From: Mobula hypostoma
Taxonomy: Eukaryota
Assembly (NCBI RefSeq): GCF_963921235.1
Contig: NC_086108.1
Coordinates: 88,662,001 to 88,726,000, forward strand
Length of the DNA: 64,000 nucleotides
Direction: 5' to 3'
The translations under genes and the position numbers were made by a program. Under the pieces are notes generated by a model, which was not told the origin of the DNA, searched no databases, and saw only the letters and a program-made list of their open reading frames with translations. The number at the start of each line of letters is the position of its first letter. Within the stretch, counting starts at the first letter, position 1. This document shows positions 1 to 14,380 of the stretch, piece after piece.

Positions 1-49
1 ATTTAAAACCACACAGACCAGAGACCCCATAATTAAATGTTACAGAATA

Positions 50-310
50 AACGTTATTTATTCAATGACAGAGCATGGAGTAGGTCCTTCCGCCTCTTCA
101 AACCACACCACTGCAACAACCTCACAACCCGACTAACCCTAACCTAGTCACGGGACAATTTACGACAACATCTTTGGAAGGTGGGAGGAAAACGGAGCAC
201 CCGGGAAAACCCATACAGAGACTCCTTACAGACAAGGTTGGAAGTGAACTCTGAACTCTGGATCACCATGAGCTGTAACAGCATTGCACTAACTGCTATG
301 CTACTGCGGT
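50..310 (-). mobile_element. V-SINE-like (HE1-type) element; further copies at ~32345-32595(+), 33160-33330(-), 39690-39910(-), 41610-41750(+), 50390-50605(+), 56765-56975(-), 60895-61200(+)
   Basis: Shared central sequence GGGTTTCCTCCGGGTGCTCCGGTTTCCTCCCACA-like, tRNA-like head and CR1-like tail, repeated across the window. Confidence 0.75.
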
Positions 311-2189
311 GCCAATATAGTAATTGCAGTAGGATACTTGCAATCATTCTACTTTGACACAGCTTTAAAATACAAAGTGAAAGGTTGAAGGACACTACAT
401 TGTATGCGCAAAGTCTGTTGGAAATTGAAGTAGCTTTAAACAGGTGAACCTTGGATCCCATTTTTTTTTAAAATGGAAATGTTGGTTGGATCTTCAACAA
501 AGACTCCAGCGGATTTGGAACTTACTGCTAACCTCCATGTCACATATGGAGCTGCCATAGAGAGGTATTCTGTACATATACTTGGATAATAAATGTAATT
601 GTACTTTAAATGTACTTTGAATGACTGTAAACTGCAATTTATTATTTTGAAAATTCATTGTTACTTTTATTTTCTAGAAACAAGAATGAATTATCATATC
701 CAAGTAGAAATTACTTTAAGCACGAGCTTGCGTTGTGACAGTATTCTGTTTAGATGTTCTCTGTTTTGAGATCCTTTCATTTAGTATAGTAACAGTCACG
801 AAAAACACAAGCAAACACAGGAAGGTTAGCCATTCAGAAATTTGTTAAGAAGCCAAGTGGCTATGTGAATGAAAATCCAATGTTTAATAAGGCAATATAA
901 AATCTGTTACCTTATAATAACTTATGATATTTTATATTTGATCCATAGTTATAAAGCAGACCAATATTTTATATATTCTTATATTTTTGTAAATGTTTTG
1001 CATACATCTTCTAATTTTTTCCCCCAAAATTAAAAAAGTCACTTTATAGGTGCTTGTGTGATTGACAACTACTGTACATATTGCTAAAAACAGGTTTTGA
1101 ATTTTTATTAATTGATCATTAGTGGGAAAAAGCTAAGAGGGGTTGGAGTAAACACAAACTCATTTATCATTTGGAGCATAAATGGAAACAAACCTGGTGA
1201 TATACGCTTGATGTGTCAGAAATACAATTACTGCCTGATAGAATTGTAGGCACAGAAATCACAAAGAATTGGACATTTTTAATTAATAAACTTCTTCAAA
1301 CTCATCACTGGCAAAGCTAATATTGTGACTCAAAAAGGCACAAATATTTACATATTGGATAACTAAATGCACAGAATTACTTAAGAACGAGAGTTAAAAT
1401 ACATGACTAAATTTATCAGAATCTCAAAGAATTGTGAAGTATTAATTTTTTGTTATTTCCTTTCGTGACAACTACACAATGAAAAGAATGAGAAAAGTGT
1501 AGTGAATAAGCAGCCATGTTTTAATTAGAAAGATGGGGCAGGGAGGGGAAAACAGGATAGACCAAACATTACTATGAAATTAGCTGTAAAGGTGGTGACC
1601 ATCTTGAAATATTCTAGTTCATCTGGTGAAGGTATTCCCACAACATTGTATAATAGAGCGTTCTAAGATTTAGACTTAACAAAAATGCAGGAGTGAAAAT
1701 GTTTTTCGAAGACGGAATGGTCACAAACTTGGAGGGGCACCGGCAGTTGGTGATGTTCATTCACATGCTGCCTTCTAACTTCTTGGTTATAGAGATCACA
1801 GATTTTTAAGGTGTTGTCAGTGTGACCTTGACAACTAACTGCAGCCACAGGGCGAAGGTGCTGGATTTTAAGGGTGGTGAATGTAATGCCAATCAAGAAG
1901 AGTTCTTTGTTCTGGAAGGTGTTGAGCTCTCCAAGTGTTGCTTTACGAAGTTTATCATGATCTCAAACAGAGCTAGAAACAGAGACGGGAGAGTAAGTAG
2001 TTTCCTGAATTCTATGTAATAGTTTTAATAAAAGAAAACTCTGCCCTCAACCAAAGATATTATCACCTTTTGTATCACTTTTGACTTGTTTGTTTATATT
2101 GCAGGTTAAACTATGATAAATCACTTCAAATTACAGCTATATTTCATAACATTGGATTAATATTTAGCACTTGAATAGATTTTCTTTAC

Positions 2190-2359
2190 CTGAATATTTG
2201 GCAACTTTTAGCCTATCCTCCCATTCGTCGAATGGTCCCAAACATTTGGACAAGTAAGTCTGAGCACATATGCAGTCCAGAGGTAGAACTTCATTGTTAT
2301 ATCCAACTCGTAGTACAGGATCAACAACTATAAAGCCCGAACCACCTTTTTGTTTGTTT
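2190..2359 (-). CDS. AGL: AGL third coding exon ([58 protein letters not shown])
   Basis: Manual translation contains the AGL motifs IVVDP.LRVG and [15 protein letters not shown]. Acceptor TTTAAAG|, donor CAG|GTAAAG. 170 nt, phase-compatible. The gene continues beyond the left edge. Confidence 0.96.
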
Positions 2360-2794
2360 CTTTAAATTAAAGCAAAGTTAATCAGTAAGTCATTCAATGT
2401 TTCCAATTGTACATAGAAATATCTTGATTCCTGGGATGCTGAGATTGTCCTGTCAGAACAGACTAAGCAGAATGGGTCTATACTCTCAAGTTTTAAAGAA
2501 ACATGCAATTCACATGAAGGTTAGTAGAGAAGAGCAGGGAGGATGTTTTCCAGGCTAGGATACCTAGAATCAGGGTTAACAGTCTCAAACTAAGAACAAA
2601 AATAATAATTGGTTTATTATTATCACATATACTGAGGTACAGTGGAAAACTTTGTTTTGCATGCCATCCATATTGGTCTTTTCATTACATTGGTACATCA
2701 AAGTAATGCAGAAAAAAAAAGATGGATTCAGAACGGAGAAAACAGGAAACAAAAGTCTTCACCCAAGGGTGGTGAATCATTGGAATTGTGGGCT

Positions 2795-3296
2795 GTGGAG
2801 GTTTATTTCACAAAACGTTTCTACAGATCTACTGTGGAAAGCGTTTTAAACTGGCTGCATCACAGACTGGTATGATGGGGCCACTTCACAGGATCAGAGT
2901 AAGCTGCAGAGAGTTGTAAACTTGGTCATCTCCATCATGAGCATCCAGGACAACTCCAAGGAGTGATGCCTCAAAAAGGTGGTGTCCATCATTAAGGACC
3001 ACCATCACCCAGATCATCCCTTGTTCTCACTGATACAATCAGGAAGGAGGTACTGAAACATGAAGGCACATATTCAACGATTCAGTTACAGCTTCACCAC
3101 CTGATTTCTGAATGGACATTGAACCTATGAACACTACCTCACTACTTTTTTTTATTTCTACTTTCTTTTCTATTGAATTTAACTACTTAATATATAATCA
3201 ATACTTACTGTAATTCAGTTTTCCCCCTCTATTATGTATTGCATTGTACTGCTGCCACAAAGTCAACAAATTTCATGACATAGGTTGATTCTAAAC
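2795..3296 (+). mobile_element. Rex1/Babar-like LINE 3' fragment
   Basis: FYRSTVESVL...CIT.WY motif remnants and a tail shared with the other Rex-like copies in the window. Confidence 0.7.
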
Positions 3297-6160
3297 CTAG
3301 AGCACTAGAGCACTACAGCACAGTACAGGCCCTTCGGCCCTCAATGTTGTGCTGACCCATATATTCCTAAAAAAAAGTACTAAACACACATTACCCCATA
3401 ATCCAATATTTTTCTTTCATCCATGTGCCTGTCCAAGAGGCTTTTAAATACCCCTAATATTTTAGCCTCCACCACCATCCCTGGCAAGTCATTCCAGACA
3501 CCCACAACCCTCTGTGTAAAAAAAACTTACCCCTGATGTCTCCCCTAAACTTCCATCCCTTAACTTTATACATATGCCCTCTGATGTTTGCTATTCATGC
3601 CTTGGGAAGCAGGTACTGGCTAGCCACCCTATCTATGCCTCTCATAATCTTGTAGACCTCTATCAAGTCCCCTCTCATCCTTCTACGCTCCAAAAAGAAA
3701 AGTCCCAGCTCTGCTAACTTTGCCTCAATCCAGGCAACACCCTGGTAAATCTCCTTTGCACCCTCTACATAGCTTCCACATCCTTCCTATAATGAGGTAA
3801 CCGGAACTGAACACAATACCCTAAGTGTGGTCTCACCAGAGATTTGTAGAGTTGCAACATGACCTCTCTACTCTTAAAATTAATCCCCCTATTAATGAAA
3901 CCTAGCATCCCATAGGCCTTCTTAACTATCCTATCAACCTGTGCAGTGACCTTGAGGGACGTATGGATTTGAACTCCAAGGTCCCTCTGTTAGTCCACAC
4001 TCTTAAGTAACTGACCATTAACCCTGTACTCAGCCTTCTGGTTTGTCCTTCAAAAATGCATCACCTCACACTTATCTGGATTGAATTCCGGCTGCCACTT
4101 TTCTGCCCAACTCTGCATCCTATCTATATCCTCTTGTAACCTTCGACAACCTACAGCTCCATCCACAACTCCTCCAATCTTCATGTCATTCGCAAACTTA
4201 CTCACCCATCCTTCCACCTCTTCATCCAGGTCATTCATATATTAAAAAAATCACAAAGAGCAGGGTCCCAGGACAGATCCTTGCGGCACTCCACTAGTCA
4301 CCGACTTCCAGGCAGAATACTTTCCTTCCACTACTACCCTCTGCTTTCTTCTTGCAAGCCAATTTTTTATCCAAACAGCCAAGGTTCCACTGATCCCATG
4401 CCTCATGACTATCTGGATGAGACTCTCGTGGGGGACCTTGTCAAATTCCTTGCTAAAATCCATGTAGACCACATCTACCGCCCTACCCACATCAATTTCT
4501 TTTGTTACCTCTTCAAAAAACTCAATTAGGTTCGTGAGGCACGACCTTCCCTTCACAAAGCCATGTTGACTATCCTTGCGTAGACTGTACTTCTCCAAAT
4601 GCTCGCAGATCCTATCCTTAAGAATCCTTTCCAATAGTTTGCATACCACTGACGTAAGACTCACCGGTCTATAATTCCCAGGATTCTCCCTATTACCTTT
4701 TTTAAACAAGAGAACTACATTTGCCATTCTCCAATCCTCCGGCACCTCCCCTGCAGCCAAAGAGGATTCAAAGATCATGGCTACTGCTCCAGCGATCTCT
4801 TCTCTCACTTCCCACAGCAACCTGGGGTATATCATGTCCAGCCCTGGGGACTTATCAATCTTGATGTTCTTAAGAAGATCCAACACTTCTTCTTCCTTAA
4901 TCATATTGTCCAGCACACAGGCCTGTTCTATTTCGACCTCACCCTGATCAAGGTCCTTTTCTCTCGTGAATACTGAAGCAAAGTATTCATTTAGGACCTC
5001 CCCAACCTCCTCCGCCTCCAGGCACATGTTGCCTTCTTTATCCTTTAGTGGCCCCACCTTCATTCTTGTCATCCTTCTGTTCTTCACATACGCATAGAAC
5101 GCCTTGGGGTTCTCCTTAATCCTACATGCCAAGGCCTTCTCATGCCCCCTTTGAGCTCTCCTAAATCCTTTCTTAAGCTCCTTCCTGGCTACCCTATAAT
5201 TCTCAAGAGCCCCTCCTGCTTCCTATATCTAACATATGCTTCCTTCTTCCTCTTGACGAGTTGCTTCACGTGTTTCATCAGCCACGGTTCCCTTTTCCTA
5301 CTATTTTTTCCTTGTCTCAGTGGGGACAAACCTATCCTGAACCCAGCACTAGTGGTCCCTAAACTTCCTACACATGACTTCTGTGCTTTCACGCTTGAAC
5401 ATCTGTTTCCAATTTACTCTCGCTAGTTCCTGCCTCATCCCTTCATAGTTAGCCCTTCCCCAGTTAAGCACTTTCCCATTTTGTCTGTTTTTATCCTTTT
5501 CCATAGCTATGCTGAAGCTAAGGGAGTTGTGGTCACTCTCACCAAAATGCTCCCCCACCAAGAGGTCTTCCACCTGACCAGGTTCATTACCCCGAGCTAG
5601 ATCCAGTATGGCCTCTCCTCTCATTGGCCGGTCCACATACTGTGTCAGGAATCCTTCTTGAACACACCTGACAAATTCAGCCCATCTATCCCCCTTGCTG
5701 TCAGGAGGTGCCAGTCAATATGAGGGAAGTTGAAATCACCCATAACTACAACCCTGTATTTCCTGCACCATTCTAAAATCTGCTTGCTTATCTGCTCCTC
5801 GGTGTCCCAAAGGCTATTTGGGGGCCTACAGACTACTCCCAGCACAGTGATTGATCCCTTCCTATTTCCAACTCAGTGGACCCTCCCTCTGCAGTGTCCT
5901 CACTTTCTATAGCCGTGATACTAGCCCTGACCAGTAATACTACTTCCCCCCATCTCTTCTACCTCCCATCCTATTCCTTTTAAAACACCTAAACCCCGGT
6001 ACCTGCATCAGCCAATCCTGCCCTTCCTCCAGCCAAGTTTCAGTAACTGCCACAACATCGCAGTTCCACGTACTGATCCACGCTCTAAGTTCATCCCCTT
6101 TATTCCTAATACTCCTAGCGTTGAAATCGACACATTCCAACCCCTCTAACTGGCTACATT
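3297..6160 (-). mobile_element. CR1 LINE, degenerate ORF2 (APE endonuclease and reverse transcriptase) plus 3'UTR
   Basis: ORF fragments [67 protein letters not shown]. Short repeat tail at about 3297-3320. Several frameshifts. Confidence 0.93.
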
Positions 6161-6796
6161 TATATTTCTGATTTGCTGACCATACTAAGATGGATCAATA
6201 GATTACTGGATATTATGGAAATAAGGGAGTTAACATATGAAAGTGGTAGCCAGTTTAAAGTTACGCCATCATTTTTAATGGCAGAGGAGGCACAACACCT
6301 ACTCCTTCTTCTATTTCTCTTTGTATTCCAAATTTGTTCAATTCATTGCCACACACATGCGGCTGTTGAGGAATAATTTCTAGCCCTCCACCATCAGATT
6401 TCTATACAGTCAATGAACCAAGCTATGAATACCACCTTACTATTTTTGCACTACCTAATTTTTAAAAATTTATATATATGAAGTTGTAATTTATATTTTA
6501 TGTATTGCACTATAATGCTGCCGTAAAACATGGACTTTCCTGACATATGTCAGTGATATTAAATCCGATTTAGACTCTCTGATACTTTCCAGTCAATTGG
6601 CTTGTAGTCACTCACTGCTTGGATCTAATAAGCAAAAACAAGCAGGATTAGAGGAAAAGTTTTGAACCACAGCCCAGAATAGTTCAGCAGCCTTAGCAGA
6701 GAGAATTGGAAGGACAACACTAATTATAATTGTGAAATCATTTTTACAGGTTAATTGCTTGCTTATGAAATGAAGGAAATATTCATTTGAGCTCAC

Positions 6797-7004
6797 CCAT
6801 AGGTAAAATAAAACTGAAATGATCCAGAAATCTGAAGGTTGATTGCACAGAATTTATCAGAGTCATCTCCTCCTGTTGTATTGTGCCACTCAAGTAAATG
6901 AAATCGATGGCGGTCAAAGGTTCCTCTGTCGACTGGATAGCTTGTGTGCACGTGGATATCTTCCCCTTGTAAAGATGGTCCAAGCCGAAACTGCAGTTCA
7001 TACC
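6797..7004 (-). CDS. AGL: AGL second coding exon ([14 protein letters not shown]...[11 protein letters not shown])
   Basis: ORF track 6793..7050 contains [10 protein letters not shown] and DDSDKFC motifs typical of AGL. Acceptor TTCAAG|, donor GG|GTGAGC. 208 nt, phase 1 in and phase 2 out, matching its neighbours. Confidence 0.96.
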
Positions 7005-7184
7005 CTTGAAGACAAAAGATAGAACAAGTGTTGTTTTGGTTGGAACTCATCTAGCTTGGCTGCACAACAACAAATCTAACTATTTGCATGCTGCTCCCTA
7101 CTCAAGCACACCCTCTCCTCACATTCCTATATTCATTTCATATTTACCAGCTCACTTTTGAATGTTAGTGAATGCACCTCCAAC

Positions 7185-10100
7185 AATTTTGCCGTTAGTA
7201 CTATTATTCCAAGCAAACTCATCACCAAACTCCAGACCCAGGGAATCAATGTCTCCCTCTACAACAAGATCCTTGACTCCCTGACCAACAGACTGCAATC
7301 TGCAAGTTCAGGCAGCAACACCTCCACCACGATTATCCATAAGGTTGTGTCCTCAGTTCCCGACTCTACCCCCGTACACTTGGGACTATGAGGCCAAATT
7401 CTCCCCTAACCCCATCTGCAAGTTTGCAGATGATACTACTGCAGTGGGTCACATCTCAAATAATGATGAGTCAGAGTGCAGGAAGGAGTGACGTGGTGTC
7501 CTTTCCCTTGATGTCAGCAAAATAAAAGAGCTGGTTATTGACGTCAGAAAAGAGGGTCCTGTCTACATCAATGGGGTTAAGGTTGAGAGGGTTGAAAGCT
7601 TCGAGGTCTCAACAGCCTGTTCTGGTCCAACCATGTTGATGTCATGCCTTTTCTTCCACAGGAGGCGAAGGAAGTTTGGCACCTCCCCATTGACTCCTAC
7701 CAATTTTTAATTCAAGTTTCAAAGTACATTTATTATCAAAGAATGTATAAATTATACAATCTTGAGATTTGTTTGCTTATAGGCAGTTGCAAAGCAAGGA
7801 AAAACAAAAGAACCCAATTAAAAAAATAAGACCTACAGAGAAAGAGAGGGAAAAAAAAGAGCAAATCATATAAATGATAGAAGTGAGTAACAACAGCATT
7901 CCAAACCAGAATTGAGTCCTTAGATCCAAATCCCCAGAGTAGGCCCAAAGGCCAGGTATTCAGTTCATCATATTACCCGGGAAAATTGCCGCAAAGTTCG
8001 CAGACACAAAGCACGTCAGCTAGGAGCAGTCTCACACGCCTTACTGTCGCAGACAGAGAAGCCCCTAGTCTACCTGGGCCAGCGTTTAAATTGTCTGAAC
8101 CTCGCTCCATCATGCACCACAAGAAGCATTCTATCTGAATGCATAACCCCTTGGCATGGCAACTACTCTGTATGGGACAGCAGAGCTATGGACATAACTC
8201 AGCACATCATATTGTCTGATCATTTGTCCTGCACTTTCCTGCATAGAGGCAGAGGCTAAAGAACAAGGTTCCAAATACAAGGTCAATAAATAGGTGGTCA
8301 TAGGAGGCAGAGGAGTGGCTACAGGAATGCATCGAGTCGGCGGACTGGGCCGTGTTCAAGGACATCAGAGCATCTGAACAAATATGTCAGGGACCTTATA
8401 AAAACAGTCGTGGACGATTGTGTCCTAACAAAATCATTGAGAGTCTTCTCCAACCAAAAGCCCTGGATGAACCAAGAGATCCGCAATGGCATTAAGGTAC
8501 GGCAACTAAGTAAAGTATAGGAGGTCCAGCTGCGACCACTGGAAAGTCATCTAACATGTGAAGTGACAATTCTGGACTAAATCTGAATCACAGAAGGATG
8601 CTCAACAGCTGTGGCAGGGCTTAAATGCTGTCAGCTCTTACAAAGTGAAACCAAGCAACATAAGTGACAGTAAGGTTTCACTTCTAGATGAGCTCAATGC
8701 GTTTTATGTGCGCTTTGACTGTCCAAACATGGAGGCATCTTCAAGAACTCCCAAAGCCCCTGACAACCCTGTGATTTCAGTTTCTGAGGCTGACGTGGGA
8801 ACATCCTCAGGAAGGTGAACCCATGAAAAGCATCTGGCCCAGACGGGGTACCTGACTAAGTACTGAAGACCTGTGCTGATCAACTGGCCGGAGTGTCCAC
8901 TGATACCTTTAACCTCTCGCTTTGGCAGTCTGAGGTACCCACCTGCTTCAAGCGGGCTTCAATAATACCGGTACCCAAGGAGTACGTGATTACCTACCTC
9001 AATGACTATCATCCAGAAGCACTTATATCCACTGTGATAAAATATGTTGAGAAGTCGGTGATGAAATATACCAACTCCTGCCTAGGAGCAATTTGGATCC
9101 ACTCCAATTTGCCTACCAGCACATCAAGTGCTATTTCATTGCTTCTTCACTCAACCCTGGAATATGCGGACAGCAAAGATGCTTTCATCAGGATGCTCTT
9201 CATTGACTACAGCTCTGCATTCAGTACTATCATCCCCTCAGAACTAATCAATAAGCTCCAAGATCTTGGCCTCAATACCTCCTTGTGCAACTGGATCCAT
9301 GATTTTCTCACCTGCAGACCCCAGTCAGTTTGGATTGGCAACAAAATCTCCTCCACAAAATCCATCAGCACAGGTACACCACAAGGCTGGGTGTTTAGCC
9401 TCCTGCTCTACTTGCTTTATACTTATGCCTGTGAGGCTAAGCACAGCTCTAATGCCATATTCAAGTTTGCTGACGGCACACAGTCGTTGACTGAATCAAA
9501 GGTGGTGATGAATAAGCATGTAGGAGGGAGATTGAAAATTTGGCTGAGTGGTTCCACAACAACAACCTTTCACTCAATGTCAGCAAGACCAAGGAGATGA
9601 TTATTGATTTCAGCAGTAGGAAATTGAAGTCCATGATTCCCTGATTGGGGATCAGAGTTGGAGAGGGTCTTTAAATTCCTCGGTGTTATCATTCCAGAGG
9701 AATTGTCCAGCATGAAAGCCCCATTACAAAGAAAGCATGGCAGCACTCCTTTCTTAGAAATTTGTGAATATTCGTCATGTAATTTAAAACTTTGACGGCC
9801 TTCTAGATGTGCAGCGGGGTGTATAGTGACCAGGTACATCACAGCCTGGTATACAAATACCAATGTCTTTGAATGGAAAAGCCTATATGAAGTAGTGGAT
9901 ACAGCTCCGTCCATCACGGTTAAAGCCCTCCCCACCACCCAGGTCACACTGTCTTCTTGTTGCTGCCATCAGGAAGAATGTATAGGAGCCTCAGGAGCCA
10001 CACCACCAGGTTCAGAAATTATCCCTCAACCATCAGGCTTTTGAACCAGAGGGGATAACTTCACTCAATGTCATCCATCCCAATACTAAACTGTTCCCAC

Positions 10101-10680
10101 AACCTATGGACTCATTTTTAAGAATTCTTCATCTCATGTTCTCAATACTTATTGTTTATTATTATTATTATGTTGCTTTTTTTTTGTTGTTTCTTTATAT
10201 TTACTGTCAATGCCCACAAGAAAATGTATCTCAGGGTTGTATATGGAGGGACATATGTACTTTGCTTTGAACTTTGGAACCACAGTCCCTCTATAGACTT
10301 CTCAGTGCCCCAGTAAAGCAGCCAGCTTAATCAAAACCCTACCCAGCCCAAACATTCTCTCTTCTCCCCTCTCTCATCGGGCAGAAGCCTGAAAGTACAC
10401 ACCACCAGGATCAGGGTCAGCTTTGTTATCAGACTCCTGAGTGGACATCTTGTTGGATAAAATGGACTCTTGACGGCACAGTTGAGCTCGTTATGATCTT
10501 GCTCTTTATCATTTACCTGCTCTGCACTTCTTTGGTAGCTTTTAAGCTTAATTCTGCATTGTTATTGGTTTACCTTATACTACCTCAATGCACTGTGTAA
10601 TGACTTGATCAGTACAAACAGTATGCAAAATAATCTTTTCACTGTATCATGGCACATGTGACAATAATAAATCAAAACTT
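7185..10680 (+). mobile_element. Nested Rex1/Babar-like LINE fragments (a younger copy at ~8220-10270 inside an older copy)
   Basis: ORF 8893..9600 has RT motifs [36 protein letters not shown] and IFKFAD. Older fragments at 7185-7700, 8110-8210 and 10280-10680. Confidence 0.85.
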
Positions 10681-11568
10681 GTAATCACCTTGGCAGTGTA
10701 CTCCAGACCCCAGCCTCTTTGGCTCAAAACTATTTTCTTCCTCCGAGTTCATTCATTTAACTCTACACTGCCTGGGATCTTGGCACCTCTGCTGTAGCTT
10801 TTATACTTGAGATCAAACTGGTGTTTTATGAAAGGTACATTACAGCTAATTTAGAAGGGCTGCTGCTAAGGATATTAAAAATTGTCTAGTTTTTCCAGGA
10901 GGGTCCCAAGACCTTTTTACATACTTTTTTAGCTGAATCATGAGTAGCTTCTCAGTTTAAAATCTAATCCAATGAAAAACACACAATATGGTGTATCAGG
11001 CAGATAAGTGTGTCAATCCTTGAAAAGATTTCAGCCCTGTGGTTCAGAGGCAATAATTCAAGTTCAGCATCACTTGTGCCATCAGGACATACCAATGCAA
11101 TTCACAATTAAAATACTTGTTAAATTCGACTCCATTAAAATGTACAAAATGCAGCTCTCAATCAATGCACAATAATGTACAGCAAATACAATTACAAGTT
11201 CAAGCTTATGATCATATATACATGTACTGCCAAATGAAATCACAATCTTCCGGACCAATGTGCACAACACAGCACGTATAACTCACACAAAGTAATATTA
11301 CCTCAAACAAGTTAACAAATAATAACATATATTCCAGACCAACAGTCTCTTTACCCCCACCCCACTATTAACTCAAGTGAATGTTCTTCACTTCAAGAAT
11401 GATGAATCTCTGAAAAGGCTAGTGGAGGCTCACCATTGAGTCTAACCAGATATTGATAGATGATTTATATATCTCTATGGAATGAAGGGATATAGAGGTA
11501 GATTGTGTTAACAGTGAAAGTTCAACAACCAGTTCTTTTGGAACGTAGTCTTTACTTGGTCCCTACAT

Positions 11569-12405
11569 CAAGATGGCACCAGCGAACAATCATTCCTCAG
11601 GTGACATCTTTCAGATAGCCAAACTGATCAATTATTCCACTTTTTCTACGCCCTCTGCTTGTTCTTTCTGTCTTGTTTGTGTTTCGGAGACTACTGGAGA
11701 CTGACGTGCAGTTTGAAGTTCGATCAAGTGTTCCGGAGCTCTGCTGTCCCTGGGGAGGACCACGAGTACGGGCTGCCTCTTGCAGAGCACCACAAATGGG
11801 GCACGGGGCTATGGTCGACTCCGTTTCAAAGCGTTGAAGATTGAGGCATCAAGGCGGATGCGGAGGGCATTAGTGGTGGCTCTCTACGGAGGCCACGGGT
11901 CGACAGCGGTTGCTAGCCACTGCCGACGGCGGCTGTTGCTTTTTTGTGTGTGGTAGAGGGGGTTGGGGGTTGGGGGTTTGGTGCTGGTGTTGCTGTTTTT
12001 TTTGCAGAGCAGGACGTTGGGAGTTTGACATTGTTGTCACTGGGGTTTTTTGCGAGGGAGGGGGTTCGGGATTTGGGGTTTGTTGTTCCAGCTGCCATTT
12101 TTCATGTGTGAGATGTGTTCATATTTTTGTACAAGGGAGGGGGTTGGGGATTGGGGGGGTTGCTGTCCCAGCTGCTGTTTTTCATGTGGGAGATGTGTTA
12201 GTTTTTTGTGCGAGGGAGGGGGTTGGGGGCTTGGGGTTTGTAAGTTTTGTTTCTTTTTCCTTTTCATGCGGGGGGGGGGGATGATGTCTTTTCTTTCAAT
12301 GACCCCTGTGGCTTTTCTCTATTTCATGGCGATTTAGAGCAGACAAATACCAGAGTTGTATTGTACATGCATACTTTGAAAATAAGATGTAGTTTTGAAC
12401 TTTTG
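11569..12405 (+). mobile_element. Non-autonomous retroposon with CAAGATGG head and Rex-like tail; contains a G-rich degenerate tandem repeat at ~11930-12260
   Basis: The 5' end CAAGATGGCACCAGCGAAC and the 3' tail (GCATACTTTGA..AATAA..TGTA.TTTGAAC) are shared with 14627-15411 and 44707-47218. Confidence 0.65.
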
Positions 12406-14083
12406 CTGCATTTCCCGATTTCATTCATCACAAGTATATCTTCAACTCCGCCATGTACTGTCCCAAACCTGGATGCAAAAGGAGGAGGGTTGGGCATGGG
12501 GCTACAACCCCATCCTATAAAAACGGAGCGTTACAGAATGATCTTAAGACCTCATCCCTGGAGCAGAAAGGATCTTTCATGGGCTACATCCCCGCCAGCC
12601 TTTCAGTCCTTCCAGGACAGGGAACTCTGGCGAGCAGCTGTTGGCACCTATGCCCCAGTAGGGATGGTTGGCTTACAAAGAAGTAGTAGTATGTCTCTTT
12701 TAGGAAACGGACAAGACCTATGCATGATATCCCAGATGCAGCCTCACTGTGGCTCTATAGAATTACATCAATCTATTTGCAATGAAGGCCAAACTACTAT
12801 TTTTCCCTATTAATTGCCTTTTGAGACTGCACAGTAAGTTACAGTAATTCATATACAAGTATACCCAAGATTCCTTTAAAACTTACATCTTTCAGTGCCT
12901 CACCCTTAAAAATTTTCTTTTTTTTTTTAAATAAAGTAAATGAATATGCATCTTTCCATTTTAAAGGCCTTCTGCCAAGCTCTTGTTCACTCACCCAGCC
13001 TGTCTATATCCAAGACTCCTCTCTACATCTTGCTCAATCAACACTGTCACCTAGGTTTGCATTATCAGTAATCTAGATATATTACATTGGATCCTTTCAT
13101 CCAGATTAATGAAAGAGGTTAGGTATAGCTGGAGGTTACCACCATTTACTATGGTAATCTTCTGGTCACAACTTTCCAAGCCAGAAATGACACTTTTATT
13201 CCCACTGTTTTATTTTGACTATTAATTAATTCTCACTCCACACCATTAACCAGAAACTATGTGCCATAACTGTGCTTATCACCTCAGGCAACATTCAATA
13301 GAATGGTCTTCTGGAAGCAGGGATGCACTCTAACAACTGGTTTCTTCTTAACTATTCTGCTGGTTTCAGTTCCAACACAGTCCTCCAGATTTGTCAAGGA
13401 AATTTTCGTTATAAACTAATGACAACTCAACCCAGTTGCACTATTATTTTCCAACTGCCTCTTTTTGTCACTTACATCATAGGTTGTAGAATTTTTTCAA
13501 AGTACTGGCATCAGGTTAGCTGATCCACAATTCCATGATTTTTCTCCCCTTCCTTTCTTAAATAATCAGATTACATTTACTACTTTCCAATTTGTGAGAA
13601 CTGTTATAGGATCTATGAAAATTTGGATAATTGGTATGTACTCGACTTTCAAAACTATTTCTTTGAAAATCCTGGGATGAAGGTTATCAGGTGCCGGGGG
13701 CTTAGAGATTTTAGCACAATAATTCCCACAGTTCAAGTTTACAAATGCCCATTTCTTTGTGTTCTCCATTTTCTCTAAATCTGTAGTTCTCCACCACTTT
13801 TAGGAAGATTCTGCAGCTTCTTCCCTGAAGGCTGATCATTTCCTGAAACATTATCTATAAAACATTGAATCATACTAATGGACCACAGTGACTTCCATGA
13901 TTAATTTCTCTGTCATGTTCTTATCCTGTCTCATTCATTAAGGAAACATTAACTTTTGCTAATCTTTTCTTTCTTTGATAAAATATGGAAACAGATTGTA
14001 AAAGCTATGTTTCATTGTTTCTCACTGGCCTGCTTCTATATAAAAAAAATCTACTTCTCCTTTCCTTAACAATGTCTTGATCC

Positions 14084-14380
14084 CGGCCAGCTGGTGGCGC
14101 AATGGCATCGGCGCTGGACCCGGGAGTGGAGGATCCCGGGTTCGAAACCAGTCAGGTCTGCTCCCAAGTACGCTTTCCATCCGTGCCGGGTTGAGTGTCG
14201 AGTTTGCAACTCAACCTCGTAAGATAAAGGGAAAATACTGCGAGGATGTCTGTGTGAGGAGTGGTGCGCCATACAGTCTCTCTCTCTCTCGCTCCGTGCC
14301 TTGTAAAAGCCATGAAAAAGACATCATCACAGACACACGCACAGACTCGCACGCATGCAGGCACACACACCAAAAAAAAA
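14084..14380 (+). mobile_element. Young tRNA-derived SINE
   Basis: Pol III A box TGGCGCAATGG (14095-14105), B box GGTTCGAAACC (14139-14149), A-tail, and perfect 10-bp TSD GTCTTGATCC (14074-14083 / 14381-14390). CpGs are retained. Confidence 0.9.

Noticed and set aside
1..2189. Next AGL exon (YNMIHFTPLQ...)
   Set aside because: Not found by eye on the minus strand; it presumably lies beyond the left edge.
14085..14155. tRNA gene (also at 60457-60530)
   Set aside because: The A and B boxes run on into SINE body sequence (with A-tail and TSD at 14.1 kb), and no proper acceptor stem was seen. These are SINE heads.
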